A DNA stretch of 35,538 bases, taken from positions 80,172,403 to 80,207,940 of the forward strand of contig NC_068989.1 of NCBI RefSeq assembly GCF_001194135.2, written 5' to 3'. Of this stretch, positions 11,746 through 23,987 are shown piece by piece. This stretch comes from Octopus bimaculoides. Lineage: Eukaryota. Every line of letters starts with the position of its first letter. Within the stretch, counting starts at the first letter, position 1. The notes under the pieces were generated by a model. That model did not search any database, had not been told where the DNA came from, and worked only from the letters and a program-made list of their open reading frames with translations. The translations under genes were made by a program, and so were the position numbers.

Positions 11746-12935
11746 GAAGTTATAAGCTGAGGAAATAGCTTCAAGTTATAATACAGATGTGCCAAATTAA
11801 AGCGTTAAGAGTTTTCCTATTGGCGCTGTCTATTTTACATGAGCAAACGTGGTAGCTTCAACCTGGTTGCAACAGCTGCTTTGTCAGGCAAATCTCACCA
11901 TCTTTTAAAAGAAAGGAGACATTGGCAAATGAATTCCATAGTACATAAGGTTTACACATGATGCACATCTGAATTGCTTTCGATTATATTCAATACAATC
12001 ATGGTGAACTTAGGGTTAACAAGTAACTATTAATTACGTAGTTAGTTATACCGGTCCATATGATAATTAAGTGTCTTGGTCCCACACTAACTAAAATGAT
12101 ATTCGTGACTCATGACACAAGACTGCTAATACACTAGATAGGTTAATGTCTGGAAATGAAATTGCTATATAACTGTTAGTGAATATCTCGTGATTCCTGT
12201 TGTTAAAATAAATCACAATTTAGTTACACATATATTTGATTCATGCCTGCTTTTCATTCTGTTGCATTTCAGTATCAGAGTTTATCTAGTGGAAATTAGT
12301 GAAAATCTTAATTTTATTTACGATTTATAGAGCCGTTGAAAGTAATGCTCTTTAATATCAACGTTCTTTTTGTCAGTACAACACCCACTTATTTAAATAT
12401 TTGTGTAAGAAAGGCGAAATCTAAATTTAACAAACCAATTAATTAGCACTAACCTCTTGGAAAACAATAAATTTAGCAAACTAATTCAGATTAAACTTCT
12501 CACAGACATTCCTATATTTAGGAAGTTCCGTGACTGCCAAGTGGTTTCATTTATTTACTTTCTTTCATAACTTTATTACGCAACTTGTGAACAATAGCGA
12601 CTCTGGTTATAGGTTGTTTTTTTTTATCAATGACAAAGAAATATATGTACTTTTATTACACACACACATACTTCGCTGTTAACCAATGACAGCAAGCATT
12701 TGCACACAAATGCATGTATTTTCGTGCGTGTATGTATGTGCCTCTATATATGTGTATAGGATCTGAGTATCGTCCAATATAAAGCGAAGAAAAGAGCTAA
12801 TGCCCCCATTCTTCCTTAACGGTACCTGCGGACCATGGCTTCTGAGTTATTTCCCTTCATCGGCACAAGATAACCGTTGGCTAGAGATGGCAGCACTAGG
12901 CCTTGTTCGAGATATATAGATTTGAGCCTCTCTCC

Positions 12936-13010
<75 letters not shown>

Positions 13011-13020
13011 NNNNNNNNNN

Positions 13021-13077
<57 letters not shown>

Positions 13078-13087
13078 CAGATAGATA

Positions 13088-13294
13088 CATAGATATACGT
13101 GCATACATACTTGCACGGAGAGAAACAGACAGATATAGATCTAGATTTATAGAAATGCTATGTAATGATTTATAATATGAATGTATATATGTGATTGTAT
13201 AACAGTGCTTTTATGAACTCAATTACAAACATTCATAGGGCAACCATTTCTGCACTGAAGTCTCGTACGTCCATGTACATAGGCAGCTGCAAAT
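13088..13294. repeat. Local direct duplication, copy 1 (copy 2 at 15411-15602)
   Basis: Near-identical block including CAGTGCTTTTATGAACTCAATTACAAACATTCATAGGGCAACCATTTCTGCACTGAAGTCTCGTACGT. Confidence 0.9.
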
Positions 13295-13373
13295 GTGAAA
13301 GTAAATGCATAGAGGTTTCTATACATAGACATCTTCTTGTGACTTGTGTCACGTTCTACGATTGCCAGTTACT

Positions 13374-13406
<33 letters not shown>

Positions 13407-14449
13407 CACACACACACACGCACACACACACACACACAACCATATCTAATCATAATTATGTAGCTCCTGTTTGTTTGGACGTATGTACATACATAGGTAT
13501 GTGTGTGTATGTATATATATATATATATATATNNNNNNNNNNNNNNNNNNNNNNNNNNNNNNNNNNNNNNNNNNNNNNNNNNNNNNNNNNNNNNNNNNNN
13601 NNNNNNNNNNNNNNNNNNNNNNNNNNNNNNNNNNNNNNNNNNNNNNNNNNNNNNNNNNNNNNNNNNNNNNNNNNNNNNNNNNNNNNNNNNNNNNNNNNNN
13701 NNNNNNNNNNNNNNNNNNNNNNNNNNNNNNNNNNNNNNNNNNNNNNNNNNNNNNNNNNNNNNNNNNNNNNNNNNNNNNNNNNNNNNNNNNNNNNNNNNNN
13801 NNNNNNNNNNNNNNNNNNNNNNNNNNNNNNNNNNNNNNNNNNNNNNNNNNNNNNNNNNNNNNNNNNNNNNNNNNNNNNNNNNNNNNNNNNNNNNNNNNNN
13901 NNNNNNNNNNNNNNNNNNNNNNNNNNNNNNNNNNNNNNNNNNNNNNNNNNNNNNNNNNNNNNNNNNNNNNNNNNNNNNNNNNNNNNNNNNNNNNNNNNNN
14001 NNNNNNNNNNNNNNNNNNNNNNNNNNNNNNNNNNNNNNNNNNNNNNNNNNNNNNNNNNNNNNNNNNNNNNNNNNNNNNNNNNNNNNNNNNNNNNNNNNNN
14101 NNNNNNNNNNNNNNNNNNNNNNNNNNNNNNNNNNNNNNNNNNNNNNNNNNNNNNNNNNNNNNNNNNNNNNNNNNNNNNNNNNNNNNNNNNNNNNNNNNNN
14201 NNNNNNNNNNNNNNNNNNNNNNNNNNNNNNNNNNNNNNNNNNNNNNNNNNNNNNNNNNNNNNNNNNNNNNNNNNNNNNNNNNNNNNNNNNNNNNNNNNNN
14301 NNNNNNNNNNNNNNNNNNNNNNNNNNNNNNNNNNNNNNNNNNNNNNNNNNNNNNNNNNNNNNNNNNNNNNNNNNNNNNNNNNNNNNNNNNNNNNNNNNNN
14401 NNNNNNNNNNNNNNNNNNNNNTAAGCATTTTATCCGGCATGCTAACTTC

Positions 14450-14680
14450 TTATTTCTTATTTCTTTATTGCCCACAATGGCTAAACATAGAGGGGACAAA
14501 CACGGACAGAAAAAGGGGATTACATCGACCCAGTGCGTAACTGGTACTTAATTTATCGACCCCGAAAGGATGAAAGGCAAAGTCGACCTCGGCGGAATTT
14601 GAACTCAGAACGTAAAGACAGACGAAATACCGCTAAGCATTTCGCCCGGCGTGCTAACGATTCTGCCAGCTCACCGCCTT
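14450..14680 (-). mobile_element. SINE family A, well preserved
   Basis: Minus strand GGCGGTGAGCTGGCAGAATCGTTAGC (A box) ... GAGTTCAAATTCC (B box) ... GGGGTCGATAAATTAAGTACCAGTT; homologous to 26815-27045. Confidence 0.9.
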
Positions 14681-15410
14681 GTCTATCACATGAATATCAA
14701 TATAAATTAGTTTTATTTAAATAGATTTACTGCTTGAAACTCGTTGCATAATTCCTACATGTGTGCCTGTGTGTGTGAGAGAGTGTGTGTGTGAACGTGT
14801 GTGTGAGCGTGTGTGTGAGTGGAGTGTGTATGCATGTACTTATGTATGTGTGTGTGTGTTGTTTTGGTCTAGTTAATCAGATGCTACTCTGAGTTTTACA
14901 TGGCACAGCATTTTTAGATATGTTACGAGTCATAAAGATGTGTTGAATTATTCAAGATCTATACCAGTATATATTTTTTCACTTTCCCTCTGTATTCTAT
15001 ACAACATTTGATTCATATAGGTGCGAAGAGTATTTGAGAACATTCAATTATCAGTATATTACTCTCTTAAAACCAATTAAGAGCCTTATATTTTATTACA
15101 AGCCCTATGGCAGATAAAATGCTAATACCAGAAACGTATAGGAATACAGACATCGCTGTCCTATATGCGGAACATAGTATCAGAAGCCAACCTTCTAACA
15201 GTAGAAAGATCTGTTTTTAAACACATTTCGGATGGAATAGGAAGCTTGAGGCTGAAATGTTTCAACTGCATCAAAGACATAAAGATATTCTAATATTCGA
15301 TTATTATAAGTACACTGTAATTCATCGATGATGTTGAACATTATCGAAAATGAACCCGGAAAAATCAGTGAAGGTTGTTGCCAAGGAACTTTAGGTTAGC
15401 AGATAGCTAG

Positions 15411-15602
15411 ATAGATATACGTACATACATACATACTTACACGGAGAGAAACAGATATAGATCTAGATTTATAGTTATGCTATGTAATGATTTATAATAT
15501 GAATGTATATCAGTGCTTTTATGAACTCAATTACAAACATTCATAGGGCAACCATTTCTGCACTGAAGTCTCGTACGTTCGTGTACATAGACAGATGCAA
15601 AT
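15411..15602. repeat. Local direct duplication, copy 2
   Basis: Matches 13088-13294 with small indels. Confidence 0.9.
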
Positions 15603-15840
15603 ACAAGTACGTTCGATTCAGGTCGTATGTACTGGGGAAAGGCCAATGATTACTGAAAAGGCACAGGAAAACCGTTTGATCTGTGCCAAGTGGTTACTTA
15701 ACAAGGTTAAAAAAAAACCTTATTAACATATGCTTTGGTTCTTCTCTGATGAGTAAAAACCTCGACAAAGACTAAACGTCTAGCAGGAGAAATAAAGGGT
15801 TATGTACACATGTTTCTGAAAACGCTTTTCGGTTTCAATA

Positions 15841-15930
15841 AAATAAGTAGCAGTTGAACATTAGGGCCGATGTAATCGACTTACTCTCCTGCCTTGAAAT
15901 TGCTGGCTTTGTGCCACAGTTTGAAACTAA
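15841..15930 (+). mobile_element. SINE family A 3' fragment
   Basis: AAATAAGTAGCAGTT...GATGTAATCGACTT...GAAATTGCTGGCTTTGTGCC; tail shared with 30760-30810 and 33385-33425. Confidence 0.7.
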
Positions 15931-16910
15931 AATAAATTAATGTATGAAAAAAGAATACACACACACACACACAGGGACACGCTCATGCATACACACACAC
16001 GCACACATATGTATATTTGTCGTGTGGATAGGGATAAAATCCAGCTGTGTCTGTCCTCTTAAAGCATATCCTCTTTTTCAATGTTCCCAATCGCTATGTA
16101 AATGTTTTATTTGGGATACGTATGCATAAGAGTTGAAGATACTGGGAAATTTTTCTACATAGTAATGATATCAAACTAGGAAATCTGAAAACTTTCTGAT
16201 ATTATTTATTCACCAATAAATGATAGTAAAACCAGACACATTTCCAATCTGCTTTGATACGATATATATATATATATATATGCGTACAACTGCATGTATA
16301 TCACAAATCATATATACATAAAGNNNNNNNNNNNNNNNNNNNNNNNNNNNNNNNNNNNNNNNNNNNNNNNNNNNNNNNNNNNNNNNNNNNNNNNNNNNNN
16401 NNNNNNNNNNNNNNNNNNNNNNNNNNNNNNNNNNNNNNNNNNNNNNNNNNNNNNNNNNNNNNNNNNNNNNNNNNNNNNNNNNNNNNNNNNNNNNNNNNNN
16501 NNNNNNNNNNNNNNNNNNNNNNNNNNNNNNNNNNNNNNNNNNNNNNNNNNNNNNNNNNNNNNNNNNNNNNNNNNNNNNNNNNNNNNNNNNNNNNNNNNNN
16601 NNNNNNNNNNNNNNNNNNNNNNNNNNNNNNNNNNNNNNNNNNNNNNNNNNNNNNNNNNNNNNNNNNNNNNNNNNNNNNNNNNNNNNNNNNNNNNNNNNNN
16701 NNNNNNNNNNNNNNNNNNNNNNNNNNNNNNNNNNNNNNNNNNNNNNNNNNNNNNNNNNNNNNNNNNNNNNNNNNNNNNNNNNNNNNNNNNNNNNNNNNNN
16801 NNNNNNNNNNNNNNNNNNNNNNNNNNNNNNNNNNNNNNNNNNNNNNNNNNNNNNNNNNNNNNNNNNNNNNNNNNNNNNNNNNNNNNNNNNNNNNNNNNNN
16901 NNNTAAGATA

Positions 16911-16966
16911 ATTTCAAATCCTGGATTTCTGGCTTTGCATAAATGCTCTGCCTTCATCAGTGGAAT
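16911..16966 (-). ncRNA. Minimal type I hammerhead ribozyme motif, intact core
   Basis: Minus strand ATTCCA-CTGATGA-A-GGC...GCC-A-GAAA-TCCAGGAT-T-TGAAAT; core 16960-16954; near-palindromic ATCC(A)GGAT; AUU triplet; stem I 5 of 6 bp. Confidence 0.65.
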
Positions 16967-17186
16967 ATACTCCAGTACATAAATACAAATACATGTATAT
17001 AAACAGTATACTTACATATACGGACGTATACATACATATATATGCACGTATGCACACGACTAGCTTAAATAGCCCGCCTAAACAACTTCTCGTGCGATCC
17101 CGGACAGGATATCAGCGCAGTAAATACACTGACAAAACTAATTTATATAAATAAGGATAAGATCGGTATTTAAAATATTGATCTTA

Positions 17187-17525
17187 TCAGCGGAGACGAT
17201 GGCGAAGAATGGCGGCTTCGACGCTTGATAGTGAGGCGCGGCGAAAAACCTCGTTGCTGGTAGTGTGATCTTCCCATTGTATGTTGAGAATCTGTCGTAG
17301 CTTCGTTTGCTGGAAGCGTTTAAGGCTCTTGAAGTCTTACAAGCGTAGAGCTGACAGGACAATGGCACGGAAGACCATGATCTTTGTCAGGATGATCAGC
17401 GCGTGATTGAAGAATACACGTTAATTGAGTCTGCCGAAGGCGGAGTGGGCCGCCGCAATCCGGTTCTCCACGTCCTTTTCATACGTGGAGGTCTTCCAAA
17501 GGATACTTCCAAAGTCTTCAAGAAC
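17187..17525 (-). mobile_element. RTE/BovB-like LINE fragment, post-RT region (pseudogenised)
   Basis: One frame with stops: EKDVENRIAAAHSAFGRLN*RVFFNHALIILTKIMVFRAIVLSAL...LKRFQQTKLRQILNIQWEDHTTSNEVFRRASLSSVEAAILRHRLR*. Confidence 0.85.
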
Positions 17526-17955
17526 TATAGCTTGAATACTTTAAATTTATCTTTGGTATTCCAAAACGAGCTGTGACGAGCATTCATAATCATTTATTTA
17601 ATACCGTATACTAAGCTAAGACTTATACTTAATCTAAAAGAGTGTGTCATTCATGAGTTAGCATTGCCGATAACATTAACCGAAGTTCTAGTTCTAATTA
17701 ATGAAAATCTGCTACCGAGCTTCACATTAAAATGGCGACTAAGAGTCTTAACACGCAATTCAATGACTAAAACAAGTAAAAGATAAAAGATACGTGTATT
17801 TACAGGTTTTGCTGCATATTGTATTACACTAAAGCTCATGACAGTCTTTTAAGTGAGCATTTGGACTTTTCAATGATACAGATGCGTGTGCATGTAGCAA
17901 ATGCATGCAGAAGTATACAAAACTGCATGTATATAAATACAAATATATATCTTGT

Positions 17956-18098
17956 TATATTTGGGGATGGTCATTTTTGGGTGGCGGGGTTGCCAATTGA
18001 CCACATGCACTAATGATAATAATAATGCTGATGTTAACACCAAGTATTTAGTATGTGGGGTTAATTCGCAAAAGAAAATATGACCGTTCCCAAATATA
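17956..18098. mobile_element. Short MITE with ~23-bp TIRs, TA-bounded
   Basis: TATATTTGGGGATGGTCATTTTT 17956-17978 versus TATATTTGGGAACGGTCATATTTT, the reverse complement of 18075-18098. Confidence 0.65.
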
Positions 18099-18471
18099 CA
18101 CAATGTAGGTTTTTATGTGCTACTATTAGTGTCATGTGCTCATCCCTCAGAGTATTTTTTAACACGTCAAGTGTTCTAGCACAACCATCAGGTACTGCCC
18201 ACATGGCATAATGAACTAAAATTGGCACGGTACGATGAGATAAAAGGCGAGAAAAGAGTGGATAAAAAAGGTGGTAAGTTGAAAAACCGGAGAACGAAAA
18301 AGAAAACAGAAAGCAGCTTCCTTCTGTTTTCTTCTTCGTCTTTCGCTTGCTCTCGGCACATAAAACCAATAGTAGCACACAAAAACACATATTAAGTTTA
18401 TTGAGTAATATTTAGCCCTAACCAGATGGTGTACTTTTTTTGTTTGATCTTATCATACAGAATTGTACACA

Positions 18472-18472
<1 letters not shown>

Positions 18473-18504
<32 letters not shown>

Positions 18505-18527
18505 TATATATATGTATATATTATATA

Positions 18528-18593
<66 letters not shown>

Positions 18594-18650
18594 CATGTAT
18601 ATATATTTATATATACGTATGTATATATGTTTGTATGTACGTATATGTAT

Positions 18651-18682
<32 letters not shown>
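18473..18682. repeat. Compound (TACA)n/(TA)n microsatellite
   Basis: Direct reading. Confidence 0.95.
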
Positions 18683-18688
<6 letters not shown>

Positions 18689-18722
18689 GCATTCATGCGG
18701 ATAAACAAATTAAATATGACAA

Positions 18723-18756
<34 letters not shown>

Positions 18757-19124
18757 CTCTGTGAATGAAAAGATTAAAATAGATGGTTATGTACTATACA
18801 TTTTTCAAAAATGCACCGGACTCACATTGTATAACTTAATTCATAATTATACAGCATTCTTTCCAGACACAAGAATCGATAATTTATGCACTCTGTTTAG
18901 AAATTTCGATAACAAAACAATAGTTTATTATAGTTACTCGTAAGGTTAAAATAAGTTTATATGTTTCAACACTATTGACTACAAGCGAAATCGCTATTAT
19001 ATGCGTTTTGAAAAATGGATACTACAATTCATGAAATCTCTTTTCGGTGAACATTTCGAACGCAGTTGTTCTTTATGAAATGTTCATGTATGTGAACATA
19101 TGGGTGTAGGTATGCATAAATGTG

Positions 19125-20594
19125 TATTGGTTCATTCCATAAATAATGCAGTTTTACAATTGCATGAACTAAAAGCTGGAAGGGACAGTATAAACTATCT
19201 GCATCAACTTGCTACAAAAGTAGGCAGTAATTTTGCCTTGGGCTTATTCTTAGTGCAACTTTTGAAGAGTGCAGTTCGATTTTAACTGTTATTTTTTCAA
19301 GTGACAAAGGAACATATTCGGCATATTTTGCTTTATGAGCTCAGTGAATACAATAATACAGCGGTAAGTGCGAAGAATATTAATCCAGTATTTGGAGATC
19401 GGACAATAAGCGTAAGCCTGTATCAACGGTGGTTCCAGAAATTCCAAGCTGGAAACTACAGCCTAGGAGACTAGTATCGTCCTGGAAGATCTGTAGAACT
19501 TGGCCAGGTCACCCTGCAAACAGTAGTAGAACAAAATCCCATCGTAACTGTTGAAGAACTAGCAGTCAGACTTGAATTTGGTCATTCAACCATTCCTCGA
19601 CATCTGGTTGCCATCGGAAAAGTCAGCAAATTGGGTCAATGGGTTCCTCACAAACCTTCCGAGTCTAATCGCGCGCAGACAGTGAATGTATGCTCTTTGC
19701 TGTCACATCTCACGAAGGAACCGTTTTTGGACCGAATACTGACTGGTTACAAGAAATGAGTCTCTATAAAAATGACAAGCACCAAAGACAGTAGTTAGTG
19801 AATGGAGAAACACCGGCACCCCAGGCTAGAGAAGGTCTTCACCTACGTAAGGTGTTGTTATCTGTTTGGTGAGATATGAAAGGTTTAATCCACTTGGAAC
19901 TTTTAAATCCAAACCAAACGATAACAAAGGAGATCTACTGCGAGCAATTTGAGCGGCTTAAGTCAGCGCTAGAAGAAAAACGACCACCTTTGGTTCAAGA
20001 CGAAAGGTGTTCTTCCATCAGGATAATGCTTGATCACATACAGAAAAGATGACATTCCAAAGGCTGGAGCAGTTTGAATGTGAAACGATGCCCCACCCAC
20101 TATATTCGCCGGATGTTAGCCCATCTGACTATCCTTTATTCCGCAGTCTTCAAAATCATTTGGACGGAAAAAAAATATGAATTCTGTAGACGAAGTCAGA
20201 ACAGTACTGGAGGAGTGTTTTTCGTCATGGACAAGTGAATTTTGAAAGAGAGGTCTTGCCAGTCGACCACATAGATGGAAGAGTATTGTAGAAAATGTTA
20301 TATCGCATGTGCGGATGACCTCTACTCAACTCTCACTTCCGACAACTCGACTCTACCAAACTCGACGTCTAGTCAACCGACGGTTCCATCTCGCTCTTGC
20401 TCTCTTCCGCTCTGCTCGACGCTTTTCGCCTAGCTATTTATACGTATTGGACTAGCCTACTTATCGCCTGGGGGCGCCCACCCAACAGAAAATGTGAGAG
20501 AGTATATTTTAAACTAAGAAATAACTTCGTTTACCTAATCTTGAAAAGTAAAAGAAGCATAAAAGTACCGCATTATTTATGGGATGACGCAATA
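19125..20594 (+). mobile_element. Full-length inactive mariner (DD34D) transposon
   Basis: TA-bounded TIRs TATTGGTTCATTCCATAAATAATGCAGT and (reverse complement) TATTGCGTCATCCCATAAATAATGCGGT. Transposase relic from ~19301 with WVPH, HQDNA and YSPDVSPSDY; 34 residues between the last two Asp; stops, frameshifts and first D mutated to Y; ~1.27 kb without the insertion. Confidence 0.93.
20296..20487 (-). mobile_element. Solo-LTR-like insertion inside the mariner
   Basis: TGTT...AACA termini; GAAAA duplicated at 20291-20295 and 20488-20492; GC-richer; TATAAATA on minus at 20442-20435; removing it restores the reading WKSIVENVREYILN*. Confidence 0.8.
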
Positions 20595-22017
20595 TGTATG
20601 CGTGCATATATGTGTATATATGTATGTATATGTATATATGTATGTATGTATGTATGTGTATATATTTATGTGTATATATATATATATATACCTATATATA
20701 TGCACATTTTAATATAAATATATGCACTATGTCTAAATTCATACGCGCGCGCGGAATGCACACACACTCACTCACACACACACACACACAGACACACACA
20801 GACACACACACACACACACACACACTCACACACACACGCACACACACATATATATATATATATAGGTAAAATCTAAGGATCAAAGCGTAGCAACTTAGTA
20901 AGCTTCGAGCAGTCCGTATTGGATATTCTACTCCTCACAGCAAGTTCACTGTACTCCTTTCATTTTTTTATAAATATATATGTATATAGATAGATAGATA
21001 GATAGATACATACATACATACATACATACATACATACATACATACATACATACATACATGCATACATACATACATACATATGTATGTTTGCATGTATGTA
21101 TTTGTTTAATCCTCTTAAGCGTGTAAAATAACTTTGGGGTATATATTCTTGATATTTCGAAATCATTTTCCTTTTATTTGAAATTAACCAACAATTTGCC
21201 GCTTGATTTCGTTTTCCAAAATCGAGACGACTCATTGGGACTTTCTTATTGCTGGCAAGTGTTGACTCAAGTTTTACAGAGTTCCAATATCTCATAATAG
21301 AATTTTGCTTTCCATTTTCAGTTATCTTTCTAGCCTTCACTTCGCTCTGTTAAGCCTTGTTCAAGAATGTTTAATGTAATAGATATAGTCTCTATTAATT
21401 AAAGATATCGCGCTTACCACATTAAGCATGCTAGCCCATACTTTAGCCAGTATCATATAACGTTTGTCAAATTGTCTCAATTATGCAAACATAGACAGAT
21501 ATATCTTCTCTTCTTTCTTTAACTGTTTGGATCATTTATCCTCTTTGTACCTGATTTAGCCTCTATTTATCAATGTATATTGTCAATTATGATAAACTAT
21601 AACAGCATACTAACTTAGCCAGTGTGCATTGTGTTAACCTATTATTAACAGAGATTTCTGTGAAATATTTGCTTCAGGAGATTATGAGATTTATTTGGAT
21701 ATGAATCAACCTTGAGATTTGCTCAATTTATATCCTGATTTTCCACATGATAAATTATTCATTCTTGGTAATAAATGGAACTGAGAGTCCTACAGCGGAT
21801 TACTATGTCAACAAAATGTGTAAATATAATTGAATGAATTGATATCTCACTGTGTGAGTGCGCGCTCGCAATTGTGTGTTTGCAAGCGTATATTCTACGT
21901 GATGGTGATGTGATACTAGCGGAAAGTTGTTTACGCTGGGGAGATTTTATGTGTGTATCTGAAAGCGTACATACGTATGAATATTCATATATGGGTATGT
22001 GTGTATATATATATATA

Positions 22018-22064
<47 letters not shown>

Positions 22065-22077
22065 NNNNNNNNNNNNN

Positions 22078-22138
<61 letters not shown>

Positions 22139-22745
22139 TTATAGATACAGAGAGAGAGGAGATCAAGAGGGCGAGAGAAAGAGAGAGAGAGAGAGAAACA
22201 CACAGACAGACAGGCTCACTAACTGACAGAATGGAGGAGAGAAACAAAGAGAGAAAAAGCGACAAATACATAAATAGATACATACACACATATATTCACG
22301 TGCACAAACACACACACGCACACACACACAAACACATACACACATACGCACTCATACACATCTACATACATATATTTGTATATATATGTATATATATATT
22401 TGTACATATATACATATATATATACATACATATATATACACATACATACACGTAGATATATATATATATATANNNNNNNNNNNNNNNNNNNNNNNNNNNN
22501 NNNNNNNNNNNNNNNNNNNNNNNNNNNNNNNNNNNNNNNNNNNNNNNNNNNNNNNNNNNNNNNNNNNNNNNNNNNNNNNNNNNNNNNNNNNNNNNNNNNN
22601 NNNNNNNNNNNNNNNNNNNNNNNNNNNNNNNNNNNNNNNNNNNNNNNNNNNNNNNNNNNNNNNNNNNNNNNNNNNNNNNNNNNNNNNNNNNNNNNNNNNN
22701 NNNNNNNNNNNNNNNNNNNNNNNNNNNNNNNNNNNNNNNNNNNNN

Positions 22746-22836
22746 AACAATGAAAACTAACCAATTCCGATGTTTAACAGTAGACGCGTTTCTGGATCAT
22801 GATTGATAATAATCAATTTCCTTCATCAATACTGTT
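22746..22836 (-). mobile_element. Inverted partial pLTR-like repeat carrying a hammerhead (22776-22836, C3U variant)
   Basis: Minus strand AACAGTA-TTGATGA-A-GGA...TCC-A-GAAACGCGTC-TACTGTT; palindrome ACGCGT, GUC triplet, 7-bp stem I; nearly identical to 35431-35520. Confidence 0.8.
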
Positions 22837-22848
22837 TGCTAGCATAGT

Positions 22849-23080
22849 CAAATTTACTACTGGAATACAGTATTGATGAAGGAAATTGATTTTTCTTCTT
22901 GTTTTTGCCTTTGTGAGTTACAAGTGATGCTATCTGTGGGATTCTCAGCTTTTTTAGCTGCTATTTCTGAACTTCGGTATATGGTGAAGCAAATATTTGC
23001 TGATCCCTTAATTATATTTATAAATATATATGAGCTTTTAAATAAGTTCTCCACCAATAATGGTGCTTTCATACCGATGG
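22849..23080 (+). mobile_element. pLTR-like repeat with internal deletion of the hammerhead 3' half
   Basis: Matches the reverse complement of 35239-35538 except for a ~65-bp deletion after ...GAAATTGATT at 22891. Confidence 0.85.
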
Positions 23081-23081
23081 A

Positions 23082-23185
23082 TGAAATAAGTACTAAGAAT
23101 AAGTCCTGGTGTTGATTTCTTCGACTAATACCCTTTAAGGCTCCGGCATGGCTGCAGTCAAACGAGTTAATCAAATAAAATTATA
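23082..23185 (+). mobile_element. SINE family B tail fragment
   Basis: AATAAGTCCTGGTGTTGATTTCTTCGACTAA...GCTCCGGCATGGCTGCAGTCAAA matches the reverse complement of 24860-24891. Confidence 0.7.
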
Positions 23186-23348
23186 AAAGAAGGAAAGAAT
23201 ATATATATATGAATAAAGATATCTGAATATATTCATATATAAGTAAATATATATTTGCATTCGTATAAATATATGCACATGCCTATAGATACTTGCATTT
23301 ATGTAGACGTGTGCGTATATAGATATAAATGTATCCTATATATATAGA

Positions 23349-23380
<32 letters not shown>

Positions 23381-23486
23381 CATATATATACATATATATA
23401 CATATATATATATATACATATATATATATTTATGTATATATCCACGTATATATACATGTATATACATATATATACATGTATATACG

Positions 23487-23530
<44 letters not shown>

Positions 23531-23987
23531 GTATATGTACATATACACATATATATGTATATAGATAGATATTTTTGCGCGTGTCTGTATATTCGTATGT
23601 ATATAGATATAGATATATGTGTATGTATTTGTATGTATTTATCTGTATGTGTATACGTGTATATGTATATAAATGTTTGTTTGTGTATGGGGGAGGACTT
23701 GAAGAAGATATAATGCACGCAGTGTGAAATTTATCTTCTGCAGCAGAACTCCCACATATCTCATTACTACTTTACTTAACATGTAAAACTAAACAAAGCT
23801 TAATTTATTAACATTATTACCTTAAATTTTAGATCAATCATGATCTACCTACCTAATTCGTTATTCGGATAGATATTGTTTTCGTTAGTTAGGAAAATTT
23901 TTTACCTTTTGCCTACCTAATAGCAAAGACTTTCATTCTAAAATTATATGCTTCAGAAATCCCTGGATATATCCTTTAATTTTTTGT

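Noticed and set aside
15021-15295. Acceptor-like site followed by CUB-like fragments (WQIK..KRIGI, IVSEANLLTV)
   Set aside because: All three frames have stops; the resemblance is probably over-fitting.
15746-15780. CTGATGA-GT...AC-TAAACGTC hammerhead-like string
   Set aside because: G12 is missing, stem II is 2 bp and there is no stem I; a possible relic but not countable.
22873-23115. Hydrophobic ORF shared with 35220-35435, suggesting a duplicated membrane-protein exon
   Set aside because: It lies in the hammerhead-bearing repeat, has different starts and ends in the two copies, and has no recognisable family or splice sites.
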